From Candidatus Xenobia bacterium (GTDB lineage Bacteria > Vulcanimicrobiota > Xenobia > Xenobiales > QWHO01): a stretch of 64,000 nucleotides of DNA. Position numbers and translations under genes: made by a program. Within the stretch, counting starts at the first letter, position 1, and each line of letters opens with the position of its first letter. The stretch is taken from contig BTUM01000013.1 of the NCBI GenBank assembly GCA_045863235.1, positions 1 to 64,000 on the forward strand, in the 5' to 3' direction. Of the stretch, positions 1 to 9,945 are shown in pieces. The notes beneath the pieces were generated by a model, which saw nothing but the letters and a program-made list of their open reading frames with translations, made no database searches and was not told the origin of the DNA.

Positions 1-563
1 CCCCGGTCGTACGCGGCGCCATTTACAACGGCTTGCGTCGGATGGACTGGCTGCCCGAGCGCACTCGCCAGAAGGCGCGCATGGTCCAGAAGGCCACCGA
101 GAAGCTGCAGCAGGAGACCGGCCGCGAGCCCTCCGAGGCCGAGCTGGCCGAAGAGCTCAAGATGTCGGCCGAAGAGGTCTACGATCTGATCGCCAGCCTG
201 GGCTGCATCTACCTGCTTTCGCTGGATCAGCCGGTGGGCGGCTCGGACGACAGCGACACCACCATGATGGAGCTGGTGGAAGCCAGCCCCTACGAAGACC
301 CGGCCCAGGAGGTCGAGTTTCGCGAGCAGCGCGACCACATGCGCCGGGCCATCGCGCAGCTCGACGAGCGTCACCAATTCCTGATCACCGAGCACTATTT
401 CCGGGGGGTCACCTTCGAGGCTGTGGCCCGCGAGCTGGGGGTCAGCAAGCAGCGGGTCTCTCAGATGCACAGCGCTGCGGTCAAGAAGCTGCGCATCTTC
501 CTGGGGGGCGATACGGTCAGCTCGGAGGCGATGCAGGACTTTCTGATAGAGGGGCAGATCTGA
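1..563 (+). CDS. FliA/WhiG-family RNA polymerase sigma factor (5' end outside window)
   Basis: LRRMDWLP, region 3 GREPSEAELAEEL and SLDQP, region 4 HTH EAVARELGVSKQRVSQMH. Confidence 0.85.
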   Translation, partial: PVVRGAIYNGLRRMDWLPERTRQKARMVQKATEKLQQETGREPSEAELAEELKMSAEEVYDLIASLGCIYLLSLDQPVGGSDDSDTTMMELVEASPYEDPAQEVEFREQRDHMRRAIAQLDERHQFLITEHYFRGVTFEAVARELGVSKQRVSQMHSAAVKKLRIFLGGDTVSSEAMQDFLIEGQI

Positions 564-630
564 AGGAGTTCGCTGGTTGCTCCAGAATGAGCGGGCTTCC
601 ATCAGCATCGGAAAAGGAAGTCGAAACGCT

Positions 631-1650
631 ATGCCGGGTCCGCGCCGTGCCACCCGCGCCCGCCGCCCCTCCAGGTCGCGCCGGGAGATCGAAGAAGAAC
701 GCTTTGCGCCCAAACCACTCACTCCTCGTGAGCGGTTTCGAAACACCGTCATCCACGCCGGAGTGGCCGTGCTCCTGTTTGCCTTCCTGCTGACCTCGGG
801 CATCGTCTGCGTCAATCTCAATCAAGACCAGTCCCAGGCCCAGCAAGAGCTGCCCAAGCAGAGCGAGTTGAACTACTGGCGCGAGCAGGCCGCCAAGGAC
901 CCGGCCAACATGGAGGCGGTCGCCAATGTGGGCCATTTCTTGATCGAGGAATCCTTTGCCAAGCAGGGCGACGAGCAGAAGAAAGCCCTGGATGAGGCCG
1001 AGCAGAACCTTGCCAAAGTGACCGTGATGGTGGATAGCCCGCAACGCTCTTTCGCCATTCAGGAGATGGCTCGAGTCAAGCTTCTCAAGAAAGACTACGC
1101 GGGGGCCCAGGCTCAGATCGACGAGGCCCTCAAGCATGCTGACCGCCCCATTCCGCAGGGCGAGGATGCGGTCAGTGTCGAGGAAGGGCGCAAAGCCGAG
1201 AGAGCCAGCGCTTATCGCTTGCAGGCCTCTCTGTTCGTCGAGCAAGGCAAACAGAGAGAAGCGCTCGCGGTGCTCGACAAGGTGGCCGAGATCAGCCCCG
1301 CCAGCGTCATGCAGGTTCTCTTTCAGAAAGCCGACCTCCATGCCCAGCTCGGCGAGAAGGACCGCGCCCTGGAGCAGCTCGACATGGCTCAGAAGTTCGC
1401 CGGCACCGATCAGGAGCGCATGATGGTGATGATCTTGCGTCAGCAGCTGATCGCGCCGCCGCCCAGCGCTTCTCCCTCCCCCGGAGGGGCCGAAGCTTTG
1501 CCAAGCCCGGCGCCCGTCTCAACCGCCAGCCCCGCTCCGGTCGCGACCACCAGTCCTGCTCCGGTGACCCCGGCTCCGCTCCCGACTGCCGCCAGTCCCG
1601 CCCCGATTGCCACGACCAGCCCCACCCCGGTCGCTTCTCCTTCCCGCTAA
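631..1650 (+). CDS. Membrane-anchored TPR protein with Pro/Ala/Thr-rich C-terminal tail
   Basis: One hydrophobic helix, TPR-like helical repeats, repeated SPAPV(A/S)T tail; ATG 631 follows AAGGAAG. Confidence 0.65.
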   Translation: MPGPRRATRARRPSRSRREIEEERFAPKPLTPRERFRNTVIHAGVAVLLFAFLLTSGIVCVNLNQDQSQAQQELPKQSELNYWREQAAKDPANMEAVANVGHFLIEESFAKQGDEQKKALDEAEQNLAKVTVMVDSPQRSFAIQEMARVKLLKKDYAGAQAQIDEALKHADRPIPQGEDAVSVEEGRKAERASAYRLQASLFVEQGKQREALAVLDKVAEISPASVMQVLFQKADLHAQLGEKDRALEQLDMAQKFAGTDQERMMVMILRQQLIAPPPSASPSPGGAEALPSPAPVSTASPAPVATTSPAPVTPAPLPTAASPAPIATTSPTPVASPSR

Positions 1651-1711
1651 GGTGGACATTCACAACCGGTAAATCCGCTCGAACGTTACGCGCACGGTTC
1701 GAGGATAGGGA

Positions 1712-2617
1712 ATGCTCCTTCGGCGCACAGAGCTCAATGCCAGGAGCCCCTGGCGACGGCTGCGAAGTGGCGTCTTCATGAGCATCGAGGCCCAGGGCGA
1801 GCAGGCTGTCAGCCAGGCCATCGAGCACTACCAGGCCGGTCGCAAGCAGCAGGCGCTCGAGCTGGCCCTGATAGGGGCTCCAGGCGACCCCGGCGGATGG
1901 AATGTGGCTGCCGGCGTCTGTCTCGACCTCGGGCGCTACCAGGAAGCCCTGCAGTACGCCGATCGAGCCCTGGCCAGCGAGCTTTTGCCCGATCTCAAAG
2001 CGGCCTCCTGGAATGCCCGAGGGACGGCCCTGGTGCAGCTCGGTCGGCTGGCCGAAGCTCGCCACTGCTTCGGGCCCGCCCTGGCCCGGCCGCTCCAGGC
2101 CATGAACCTGGCCATCACGCTGGCCTGGGCCGGAGCCAGCGACGCCCCACCGGCCGGCGAGGTGCTCGAGCTCGAGCCGACCGGTATCCGGGCCTGGTTT
2201 CCCGGCCCGCCGGCCCGGCGCGAGGGTGAGCTCACCCAGTTCTCGCTGGCGACGCCCGAGTTTCACTACCTGCTCGTCTGCCATCGCCTCACGCCGGAAG
2301 AGGCGGCGTCCATGCGGAGCCGCGACCCCGAGCAGGGCATGCTGGCTTACCTGGAAGCCAACGCCCCCGGCCCGTCCTGGCGCCTCCTCAAGCTCGACCT
2401 GCAGCCCGCCGGTGCGGTGCCTTCACTGGGGTTCGGGACTGTCAACGAGGAGAACGGCCGATTACAGGTCGGCCGCCACTGGTACGATTTTCCTCACGCT
2501 CGCGTGGTGGAGGCCATGGTCACCCTGCTGCGCCTGGAGCTAGGCGCGGCTCCTGAGCCGGGACACTTCTTGAGCCAGGTGGATCTTAGCGCGGATAGTC
2601 GCGCTGAATCGGGATAG
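1712..2617 (+). CDS. TPR-containing hypothetical protein
   Basis: TPR-like motifs LGRYQEALQYADRAL and WNARGTALVQLGRLAEA; start could be 1778. Confidence 0.6.
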   Translation: MLLRRTELNARSPWRRLRSGVFMSIEAQGEQAVSQAIEHYQAGRKQQALELALIGAPGDPGGWNVAAGVCLDLGRYQEALQYADRALASELLPDLKAASWNARGTALVQLGRLAEARHCFGPALARPLQAMNLAITLAWAGASDAPPAGEVLELEPTGIRAWFPGPPARREGELTQFSLATPEFHYLLVCHRLTPEEAASMRSRDPEQGMLAYLEANAPGPSWRLLKLDLQPAGAVPSLGFGTVNEENGRLQVGRHWYDFPHARVVEAMVTLLRLELGAAPEPGHFLSQVDLSADSRAESG

Positions 2618-3623
2618 GGTGCCGGTCGTCCGAGCTGCGGCCTCGCGGGAAGGCCTCCAGGTGCACCACGACCTGATCGAGTACCAGAGCGGAGCCGGAA
2701 CCCTCGGGTGAGTTGAACTCCAGCAGCTTGCCGTCACCCGGGGTGCCCTTGCTGGTGAAACGGGCTCCCGCGGTTCTGCGCAGAAAACTCAGGGCCCGGT
2801 CGGGGTTGAGCGAAGCCGACTCCCCCCCCTCGTTGGCTGCCTCCAGAGCGTAGGATGGCAACAGCTTGGGGAACTTGAGCACGAAGCCGGCCCGGTCGGC
2901 GAAGAGGTCGGTGACCAGGATGCGGTCGTCCACCTGGACCACTACGCCCCGGGCTTCGGGGTTGTCGCGGGCGAAGGCTCCCAGGGCGTCCAGGTAGCCG
3001 TCCAGCCTGGCCTTGACGCGCGGGTCTTCGAAGGTCTTGCCCAGGTTGGTCGAGGCGTGGTAGCCCGCTCCGGCCTGGGACTTCTCCACCGAGCTCCAGA
3101 CGGTAGACTGGTCGGCACTCTCGCGGGCGGCTGCGCGCACGGCCGGGTTGGCGGCCACGGGGCGGCTCTTGTCGAAGGTGGGGGACTCATATTCCCACCG
3201 TCCCCGCTCGATGCAGAAGGCGGCGACCGTGGTCTCGCCCGAGCGGGCCGGCAGCCAGAGGTCGTCCTGCAACACCCGGTCTTGTTTGGCGCCCTGCAAG
3301 ATCTCGCCGGCCATGATGTAGACCGGCTGGTGGCCCTGGTTGTTGATGGAGAGCTGGTTCACGTTGCCCTGCTGGCTGGTTTCCCGGATAACCAGGCTGC
3401 CCAGGGCCAGGGCCTGATCCAGAGTGTGATAGTCGGGCAGTTTGCGGGCCGGAAGGGTGACCGGGTAGAGGACCAGGTTGCGGTAGCGGGCCGGGGCGCT
3501 TATCCGGGCGTCCACCAGCCAGTTCTCCACCGTCAGCTGGGGGCTTTGATCCAGCTCACGTGCGGTCAGCGGGGAGAGAACCAGCAGCGCGAGCAAAACA
3601 AGAAGTTTCATTCGGTTTCGCAT
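2586..3623 (-). CDS. Secreted ARPP-1/DUF6569-like protein
   Basis: Signal peptide; motifs GNVNQL, MAGEILQGAKQDRV, FCIERGRW, QSTVW. Confidence 0.7.
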   Translation of the reverse strand: MRNRMKLLVLLALLVLSPLTARELDQSPQLTVENWLVDARISAPARYRNLVLYPVTLPARKLPDYHTLDQALALGSLVIRETSQQGNVNQLSINNQGHQPVYIMAGEILQGAKQDRVLQDDLWLPARSGETTVAAFCIERGRWEYESPTFDKSRPVAANPAVRAAARESADQSTVWSSVEKSQAGAGYHASTNLGKTFEDPRVKARLDGYLDALGAFARDNPEARGVVVQVDDRILVTDLFADRAGFVLKFPKLLPSYALEAANEGGESASLNPDRALSFLRRTAGARFTSKGTPGDGKLLEFNSPEGSGSALVLDQVVVHLEAFPRGRSSDDRHPIPIQRDYPR

Positions 3624-3810
3624 GATGGAATCTTGGTCGTAGAGGGTCCTGAACTTATTTCAGCGATGACAGGGCGGTCAAAAAATTGGCGAGGACAGGA
3701 ACGGATGGAATTTCATGAAGGAGCCATGTGGCCGTGACAGGGAAGATAGCGTCAAGCTCCGATGGCGAAAGTTCTTTCGCTTATGCGGACACGACTTGAG
3801 GTGACTTTCC

Positions 3811-5184
3811 GTGCGTTATGCTCGTAATATCTTAGATCTGATCGGCAACACCCCGCTGGTACGGCTCAACAAAGTGGCCGCAGGGGTTCGTCCCACCATC
3901 CTGGCCAAGATGGAATATCTCAACCCCGGTGGCAGCGTCAAGGACCGCATCGGCATCGCGATGATCGAGGCCGCCGAGCGGGACGGCAAGCTCAAGCGAG
4001 GCGGGGTCATCGTGGAGCCCACTTCCGGTAACACCGGAGTGGGGCTGGCTCAGGTCGCGGCCCTGAAGGGATATCGCTGCGTCTTCGTGATGCCCGACAA
4101 GATGAGCCAGGAGAAGATCCGCCTGCTCAAAGCCTACGGGGCCGAGGTCGTGATCACTCCCACGGCTGTCCCCAAGGAATCCCCTGAATCCTATTACTCG
4201 GTAGCCGACCGGCTCGAGCGCGAGATCCCCAACGCCTTTCAGCCAAACCAGTATTACAATCCGGTCAACCCCCAGACCCACTACCTGACCACCGGCCCTG
4301 AGATCTGGGAGCAGACCGAGGGGAAGATCGACGTCTTCGTGGCCGGTATGGGCACCGGCGGCACGATCAGCGGCGTGGCCCGCTACCTCAAGGAGCAAAA
4401 CCCGAACGTCAAGATCGTAGGGGTCGATCCGGAAGGCTCGCTGTACACCTCCAACGAGGTCAAACCTTACAAGATCGAGGGTATCGGGGAGGACTTCTTC
4501 CCGGCTACCATGGATCTCAACCTGGTGGATGAGAAGATCATCGTATCCGACCGTGACGCCTTTGTCACAGCCCGCCACCTGTGCCGCGAAGAGGGCATCC
4601 TGACGGGAGGCTCGGCCGGGGCGGCCGTATTCGGGGCCATCAAATACAGCCGTCAGCTCGACGAGTCCAAGCTCGTGGTGGTGCTGCTGCCCGATACAGG
4701 GCGCAACTACCTCTCCAAGTTCCACGCCGACGAGTACATGAAAGAGCACGGTTTCTGGGACCCGGGCAGCGAGGCCATCTCCATCCGAGCCTTACTCCAG
4801 TCCAAACCCTCTCCGGCCGCCAAGATCGTGACCGTGGAGGCGGATGAAAAGGTACCCAGCGCTATCCAGGTGATGCGTCGCTACAGCATCTCCCAGCTTC
4901 CCGTGCTCGAGGGGGACCGGGTGGTGGGCTCGGTGCAGGAAGCCACCTTGATGAACATGATCTTCGAGGACGGCTCGGTTCTCAACCAGAGCGTGCGCGA
5001 CGTGATGAGCGAGCCGCTGCCCCTGCTCCCGGGCGACACCACGGTGAGCTCGGTCTACCAGATCTTGCTGCAGGGGCGTCCGGCAGTGCTGGTCTCGGAT
5101 GATGGCTCCACTCCCTGCGGCATCGTCACCAAGATCGACCTGATCGACTTCATCTCGCGGTCGGCGGAGGCTCGTACCGGCTGA
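3811..5184 (+). CDS. cbs: Cystathionine beta-synthase with C-terminal CBS pair
   Basis: NPGGSVKDRIG PLP lysine, EPTSGNTG, GMGTGGT, tandem CBS domains. Confidence 0.92.
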   Translation: MRYARNILDLIGNTPLVRLNKVAAGVRPTILAKMEYLNPGGSVKDRIGIAMIEAAERDGKLKRGGVIVEPTSGNTGVGLAQVAALKGYRCVFVMPDKMSQEKIRLLKAYGAEVVITPTAVPKESPESYYSVADRLEREIPNAFQPNQYYNPVNPQTHYLTTGPEIWEQTEGKIDVFVAGMGTGGTISGVARYLKEQNPNVKIVGVDPEGSLYTSNEVKPYKIEGIGEDFFPATMDLNLVDEKIIVSDRDAFVTARHLCREEGILTGGSAGAAVFGAIKYSRQLDESKLVVVLLPDTGRNYLSKFHADEYMKEHGFWDPGSEAISIRALLQSKPSPAAKIVTVEADEKVPSAIQVMRRYSISQLPVLEGDRVVGSVQEATLMNMIFEDGSVLNQSVRDVMSEPLPLLPGDTTVSSVYQILLQGRPAVLVSDDGSTPCGIVTKIDLIDFISRSAEARTG

Positions 5185-5185
5185 C

Positions 5186-5626
5186 ATGGAGCCTGCCGAG
5201 CTGCCCGAGGGCTACGGGCGGGACACTCTGGTGCTGATGCCCAGAGATCCCGTCCGTTGCTTCGCTTATTGGGAACTTGCCCAGGTCACTTCCAAACAGC
5301 TGGCCGCTCGTCACGGCGAAGCTGCGCTGGCTCGGGCTCGTTTGTTGCTGCGCGTGCATCGGGGCGAGCAGCCCGACCTTGAATTCGACATCTCCGGTCC
5401 GGTGCGCTCGTGGTACTTTGACGCTGATTGCCCGGGAGCCCGGCTCGACGGGGAGCTTTGCTTGCGCTTCGAGGATGAGCGCGAGGAATCGCTGGTCCAT
5501 TCGCGGCCCGTTTTCATGCCCAGGAAGGGGAAGGCCGAGGAGGACCCGGCCTGGCCGGTCAAGAGCGAGATTTACGCCCGCGTTCGCCGTGCGCTGGGCC
5601 AGGAATGGCCCTCGGCCGAAGGATGA
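5186..5626 (+). CDS. DUF4912 family protein
   Basis: ELPEGYGRDTLVLMPRDP...FAYWE motif; typically precedes GH57 branching enzyme genes. Confidence 0.75.
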   Translation: MEPAELPEGYGRDTLVLMPRDPVRCFAYWELAQVTSKQLAARHGEAALARARLLLRVHRGEQPDLEFDISGPVRSWYFDADCPGARLDGELCLRFEDEREESLVHSRPVFMPRKGKAEEDPAWPVKSEIYARVRRALGQEWPSAEG

Positions 5627-7197
5627 CCGGCTACCTGGTCCTGCTGCTCGACGCCCACCTGCCCTGGGTGCGTCACCGGGGCGAGTCGCCCCGACCGCTG
5701 GAGGAGTTCTGGCTCTTCGACGTGATCACCGAGAGCTATCTGCCCTTGCTGGGCATGATGACCGGGCTGGTGGATGAGGGCATCCCGTTTCGCCTGACAA
5801 TCAGCCTCTCGCCCACCCTGCTGGCCATGCTCGAGGACGCCTATCTGCGCCAGGCCTACCACGAGCATCTGCATCACCGTCTGGTGCTGGCCGAGCAAGA
5901 GCTGAGCCGTACCCGCCAGTACGAGTCCCACACCTATCCAAGTGCCGAGATGTATTACCACCGCCTGCGCTGGGTGCACGACCTCTACGTGGACGTGTTC
6001 GGACAGAACTTGATCGGAGCTTTTGACCGATTGCGCCAGGTCGGGGCTCTGGAACTGATCACCACGGCCGCCACCCACGCCTACCTGCCCCTGGCGGCCC
6101 ACCGACCCGAGACGGCCCGAGCGCAGATGCGGGTGGCTCGCGGCGAGTTCCGCCGTCACTTTGGCCTGGAGCCGCCGGGCTGGTGGCTGCCCGAGTGTGC
6201 CTGGAATGCCGATGTGGACGCCGCGCTCGAAGGTCAGGGTTACTTCTTCCTGGATGCCCTCGGCCTGATGGGGGCCGAGCCACAGCCCCAGGCCTGTCAC
6301 TACGCTCCCATCCGGACCCCTTCAGGCTGGACGGTGCTGGGACGCGACCCCGAGTGCCACCGTCAGGTCTGGAGCCCGGAGGGATACCCCTCCGATCCTT
6401 TGTATCGCGAGTTCTATCGCGACATCGGTTGGGATCTGCCGCTGGAGTATATCGGCCCCTGGATCCACGGCTCCGGTCAGCGCATGAACACAGGCTTCAA
6501 GTACTGGCGTATCACCGGTCCCACCGACCATAAGGAGCCGTATCTTCCCTGGCAGGGGCGTCAGCGCGCCTGGGAGCACGCCGGCTCGTTCCTGGAAAGC
6601 CGCCAGCGCCAGGCCCAGTGGCTGTGCGAGCAGATGGGTCGTCCTCCGGTGGTGGTGGCTCCCTACAGCGCCGAGCTGCTGGGCCATCGCTGGTTCGAGG
6701 GACCCTTCTGGCTGGAAGGGCTGCTGCGGCAGCTGGCCAGCCAGGATCAGATCCGGCTGGAGCATCCCAGCCAGCTGCCCGGGCCCTTTCAGGTGGCCAC
6801 CCCGGCCGTTTCGAGCTGGAGTGAGGGGGGCTTTCACCAGGCCTGGCTGGATGAGTCCACCGACTGGGTTTATCGTCATCTGCATCAGGCTGCCGAGCGT
6901 TTCCTGCAAGTGCGTCATGCTCAGCATCCGAGAGCCCTGCGCCAGGCGGCTCGCGAGTTGTTACTGGCGCAGTCTTCGGACTGGCTCAGCCTGCTGCACG
7001 CGGGCTCGCACGCCGACTATGCCCGGCGCCGCCTGTGCGAGCACCTGGGCAACCTGGCCTGGCTGTGCGACGGTCTGGAGCGCAACCAGGTGGACGAAGA
7101 GGTGCTGGCTCGTCTGGAAGAGAGAGATGGCCTCTTTCCGGAGCTTGACCCGGAAGACTTTCAGGGGGGACTCGGAAGCGGCCAGGAGGAAGGATGA
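5623..7197 (+). CDS. GH57 1,4-alpha-glucan branching enzyme-like protein (DUF1957)
   Basis: AHLPWV, ESYLPL, THAYLP, WLPECA, LLAQSSDW; ATGA overlap with upstream gene. Confidence 0.85.
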   Translation: MTGYLVLLLDAHLPWVRHRGESPRPLEEFWLFDVITESYLPLLGMMTGLVDEGIPFRLTISLSPTLLAMLEDAYLRQAYHEHLHHRLVLAEQELSRTRQYESHTYPSAEMYYHRLRWVHDLYVDVFGQNLIGAFDRLRQVGALELITTAATHAYLPLAAHRPETARAQMRVARGEFRRHFGLEPPGWWLPECAWNADVDAALEGQGYFFLDALGLMGAEPQPQACHYAPIRTPSGWTVLGRDPECHRQVWSPEGYPSDPLYREFYRDIGWDLPLEYIGPWIHGSGQRMNTGFKYWRITGPTDHKEPYLPWQGRQRAWEHAGSFLESRQRQAQWLCEQMGRPPVVVAPYSAELLGHRWFEGPFWLEGLLRQLASQDQIRLEHPSQLPGPFQVATPAVSSWSEGGFHQAWLDESTDWVYRHLHQAAERFLQVRHAQHPRALRQAARELLLAQSSDWLSLLHAGSHADYARRRLCEHLGNLAWLCDGLERNQVDEEVLARLEERDGLFPELDPEDFQGGLGSGQEEG

Positions 7198-7201
7198 GGG
7201 C

Positions 7202-7567
7202 ATGGAACGCCGACAAGAGCTGCTGAAAGGCCTGCGAGAGCTGCAGAACGTCTCGGTGGAGATGGACCAACTGGCCCGGCGGGCCCAGGATGAGCGCACT
7301 TCCGAACTGGGGGCCGAGCTGGTGCGGGTGGTGGGCCGTTGGGTGGGGCTGGTGGAGGGCTTCGTGCAAAACTGCCCTCCGGGCCCGAGGCTGCAGGCTT
7401 ATCAGCAGGCCACCCGGGGCCTGGAGCACTTGCTGCACAGGCTGGATTCTTTGCAGGACGCGGACGAGATCCGCAAGCTGGAAAACGAGTTTCCTCCCGC
7501 GGTCGACATCTGGAGCGAAGCCCTGACCGAGGTGATTCAGGAGGTTCTGGCGGGGACCGCGGCGTGA
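7202..7567 (+). CDS. Hypothetical helical protein
   Basis: ORF fills the gap in the operon, purine-rich RBS, GTGA overlap with the next gene. Confidence 0.55.
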   Translation: MERRQELLKGLRELQNVSVEMDQLARRAQDERTSELGAELVRVVGRWVGLVEGFVQNCPPGPRLQAYQQATRGLEHLLHRLDSLQDADEIRKLENEFPPAVDIWSEALTEVIQEVLAGTAA

Positions 7568-8376
7568 GGGTCGCGGCCATCCAGCTCAGCTCCAACGCCG
7601 ATCGAGAGCGCAATTTGGAGGTCGCGGGCGAGCTGGTGACCGAGGCGACTGCCCGCGGAGCTCGCCTGGTGGTGCTGCCCGAGGTGTTCAATCGGCGCGG
7701 CTCCAAGGAGATCCAGCTGCAGCATCAGGAGAGTCTCGACGGCCCGACCGTGGCCTGGATGGCCGAGACGGCCCGCAAACACAATGTGTGGCTCTTGGGC
7801 GGCAGCTTCATGGAGCGGCGCGAGGAGCACGCCCCTCGGGGCAGCAACAGCTCGCTGCTGTTTGGGCCGGACGGCTATCGAGTGGCCCACTATCGCAAGG
7901 TCCACCTGTTCGACGTGGAAGTGCACGGAGTCAGCACTCGCGAGTCGGACGCCATGGTAGCCGGCGAGCAGGCGGTGCTGGCCAGTGTCGAGGGCGTCAA
8001 AGTGGGGATGACGATCTGTTACGACCTGCGCTTCCCCGAGCTCTATCGCGCGCTGACTCTGGCCGGAGCGCGGGTGATCGCGGTGCCGGCCGCCTTCACC
8101 GAGCGCACCGGGCGCGATCACTGGGAGGTTTTGCTGCGGGCGCGGGCTATCGAGAATCAGGTTTTCATCATCGCTCCCAACCAGCTTGGCCCCGCCGAGG
8201 GGACCCAGACCTGCTACGGACGCTCGCTCATCATCGACCCCTGGGGCATCGTGCTGGCTCAGGCGCCCGACCGCGAGTGCTGCATCCTGGCCGACCTCGA
8301 CTTTGCGGCCCAGGATGCCGTGCGAACCGGCCTTCCCTGCCTCGAGCACCGCCGCGAGGTGGCTTACACGCTCTAA
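7564..8376 (+). CDS. Carbon-nitrogen hydrolase (Nit1/deaminated glutathione amidase-like)
   Basis: VLPE, YRKVHLFD, ICYDLRFPE triad; HWEVLLRARAIENQ. Confidence 0.9.
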   Translation: MRVAAIQLSSNADRERNLEVAGELVTEATARGARLVVLPEVFNRRGSKEIQLQHQESLDGPTVAWMAETARKHNVWLLGGSFMERREEHAPRGSNSSLLFGPDGYRVAHYRKVHLFDVEVHGVSTRESDAMVAGEQAVLASVEGVKVGMTICYDLRFPELYRALTLAGARVIAVPAAFTERTGRDHWEVLLRARAIENQVFIIAPNQLGPAEGTQTCYGRSLIIDPWGIVLAQAPDRECCILADLDFAAQDAVRTGLPCLEHRREVAYTL

Positions 8377-8483
8377 GGCGCCGCGCCTGGAACCCTTCAG
8401 GAATCGTTCAACCTGCCCGGTTTTCAGGATTCTTTCAGGGCCCAGGTGCAGAATCCGAGTGGTCGTCGTCAAACCAGGCAGCT

Positions 8484-8501
8484 CTCGTGAATTTTCACGA
8501 G
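8484..8501. promoter_or_regulatory. Inverted repeat CTCGTGAA-tt-TTCACGAG upstream of HD-GYP operon
   Basis: Perfect 8-bp arms in an intergenic region; operator or hairpin. Confidence 0.4.
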
Positions 8502-8621
8502 GGCTTGCTGTTTCAAAAGTGTAAACCAAGCCCCAAGCAGCCTGAAACGAACGCATTACGGCTTGTTTCCCGCCACCTCCCCTTCCATAATGGGGAAGCT
8601 AAAATCCCCCGATGAGGTTTC

Positions 8622-9932
8622 TTGGTGGCACATCCTAGAAAGCGTCTGGCCCGGTTCCGAACGGCGGTTGTGACCGCGGCGGTTTTGTTTGCCGTGTGGC
8701 AGGTGCTCGCTCCGGCCTTCGCAAGCCCCCAGACCCGGGTTCCCCTGTGGGGAGCCCTGGTGCTGACGGTGCTCACGGTGGGAGCCGAGCTGTGGGTGCT
8801 CAGAATGCCCCGCTACGGCTCGGTCACCCTCTCGGATTCCACCCTCTATGCCTCCATGGTGCTCTATTCCCCGCAGATCACGCTGGGGCTGGTGCTGACG
8901 AGCAAGCTGGTGCGCTTCGTGCGCGAGCGGTGCGAGCGACCCGTGCGGGTAGGCTTCATCCTCTACAGCGTCTCCCAGTCGGTGCTCAGCTTCGGCCTGG
9001 CCAGCTGCCTCTACTCTCGCCTGGCAACCCCGGGAGTGGTGCTCAGCCTGCGCAACCTGATCTGCCTGGTGCTGGCCGTGTGCACCGTGTTCGGAGTGCA
9101 GGCTCTGGTCATCTCGCTGCACCAGTGGCTCTACCAGCGCGCAATCGGGCGCTGGACCACCCGCATCAACTGGCAGCGCTTGCGCCTGGCCTTCCTGGCT
9201 CAGGCCCCGCTGGGTCTGCTGCTGGCCATCGGATTTGCCCTCAAGCCCGCCGCCGTGCTGCTGTTGGTGGGCCCGCTGGCCATCACCTGCTCCTCCCTCA
9301 AGCGCTACACCGACACCCTGCGCGAGGCCCGCGAAGTGATCGAGAATCTGGCTCAAGCGGTGGAGAAGCGCGATCCTCACACGACCGGCCATTCGCTGAG
9401 AGTGGCCGAGTATGCCGAGGACATCGCCCGCGAGATGGGTCTGAGTGAGAAGATGGTGGCCCGCGTGGCCACCGCTGGCCGCCTCCACGACCTGGGCAAG
9501 ATCTCTGTGGGAGATGACATCCTGCTCAAGATCGACCAGCTCACCGGGGAAGAGTACGAGGCCATCAAGCGTTATCCGGCCGTGGGGGCCGAAGTTGCTT
9601 CCAAGCTCTCGCTCTCGCGCGAGGAGGCGGAGTACATCCGCTATCACCACGAGTGGTTCGATGGCAACGGCTATCCCAGCGGTCTGAAGGGCAACGAGAT
9701 CCCGCTTGGCGCCCGCATTCTGGCCGTGGCCGAAGCTTTCGACTCCATGACCACCCCGCGCTCGTATCGCCCCGCCTTCAGCCAGGAAGAGGCCTGGGTG
9801 CGGCTGGAGGCGGGCAAGGGGTTGCAGTTTGATCCCAATGTCGTCAATGCACTCTACGTCGCCTGGCTCAAGGGACGCCGTTCGGCTGAAGGCCCGCGGC
9901 CCTCTCTGCGCCTGGTGGGGGCAACTCGTTAA
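8622..9932 (+). CDS. Membrane-bound HD-GYP domain protein
   Basis: Multiple TM helices; T-GHS-RV, LHDLGK, HHEWFDGNGYP. Confidence 0.85.
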   Translation: MVAHPRKRLARFRTAVVTAAVLFAVWQVLAPAFASPQTRVPLWGALVLTVLTVGAELWVLRMPRYGSVTLSDSTLYASMVLYSPQITLGLVLTSKLVRFVRERCERPVRVGFILYSVSQSVLSFGLASCLYSRLATPGVVLSLRNLICLVLAVCTVFGVQALVISLHQWLYQRAIGRWTTRINWQRLRLAFLAQAPLGLLLAIGFALKPAAVLLLVGPLAITCSSLKRYTDTLREAREVIENLAQAVEKRDPHTTGHSLRVAEYAEDIAREMGLSEKMVARVATAGRLHDLGKISVGDDILLKIDQLTGEEYEAIKRYPAVGAEVASKLSLSREEAEYIRYHHEWFDGNGYPSGLKGNEIPLGARILAVAEAFDSMTTPRSYRPAFSQEEAWVRLEAGKGLQFDPNVVNALYVAWLKGRRSAEGPRPSLRLVGATR

Positions 9933-9945
9933 AGGAGACCTGAAC

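Noticed and set aside
1460..1645. Short tandem repeats
   Set aside because: Encode an ordinary Pro/Ala/Thr-rich tail; not a separate DNA element.
8377..8621. c-di-GMP riboswitch upstream of HD-GYP genes
   Set aside because: GEMM features (GCAAAC, GNRA loop and receptor) not found by eye.
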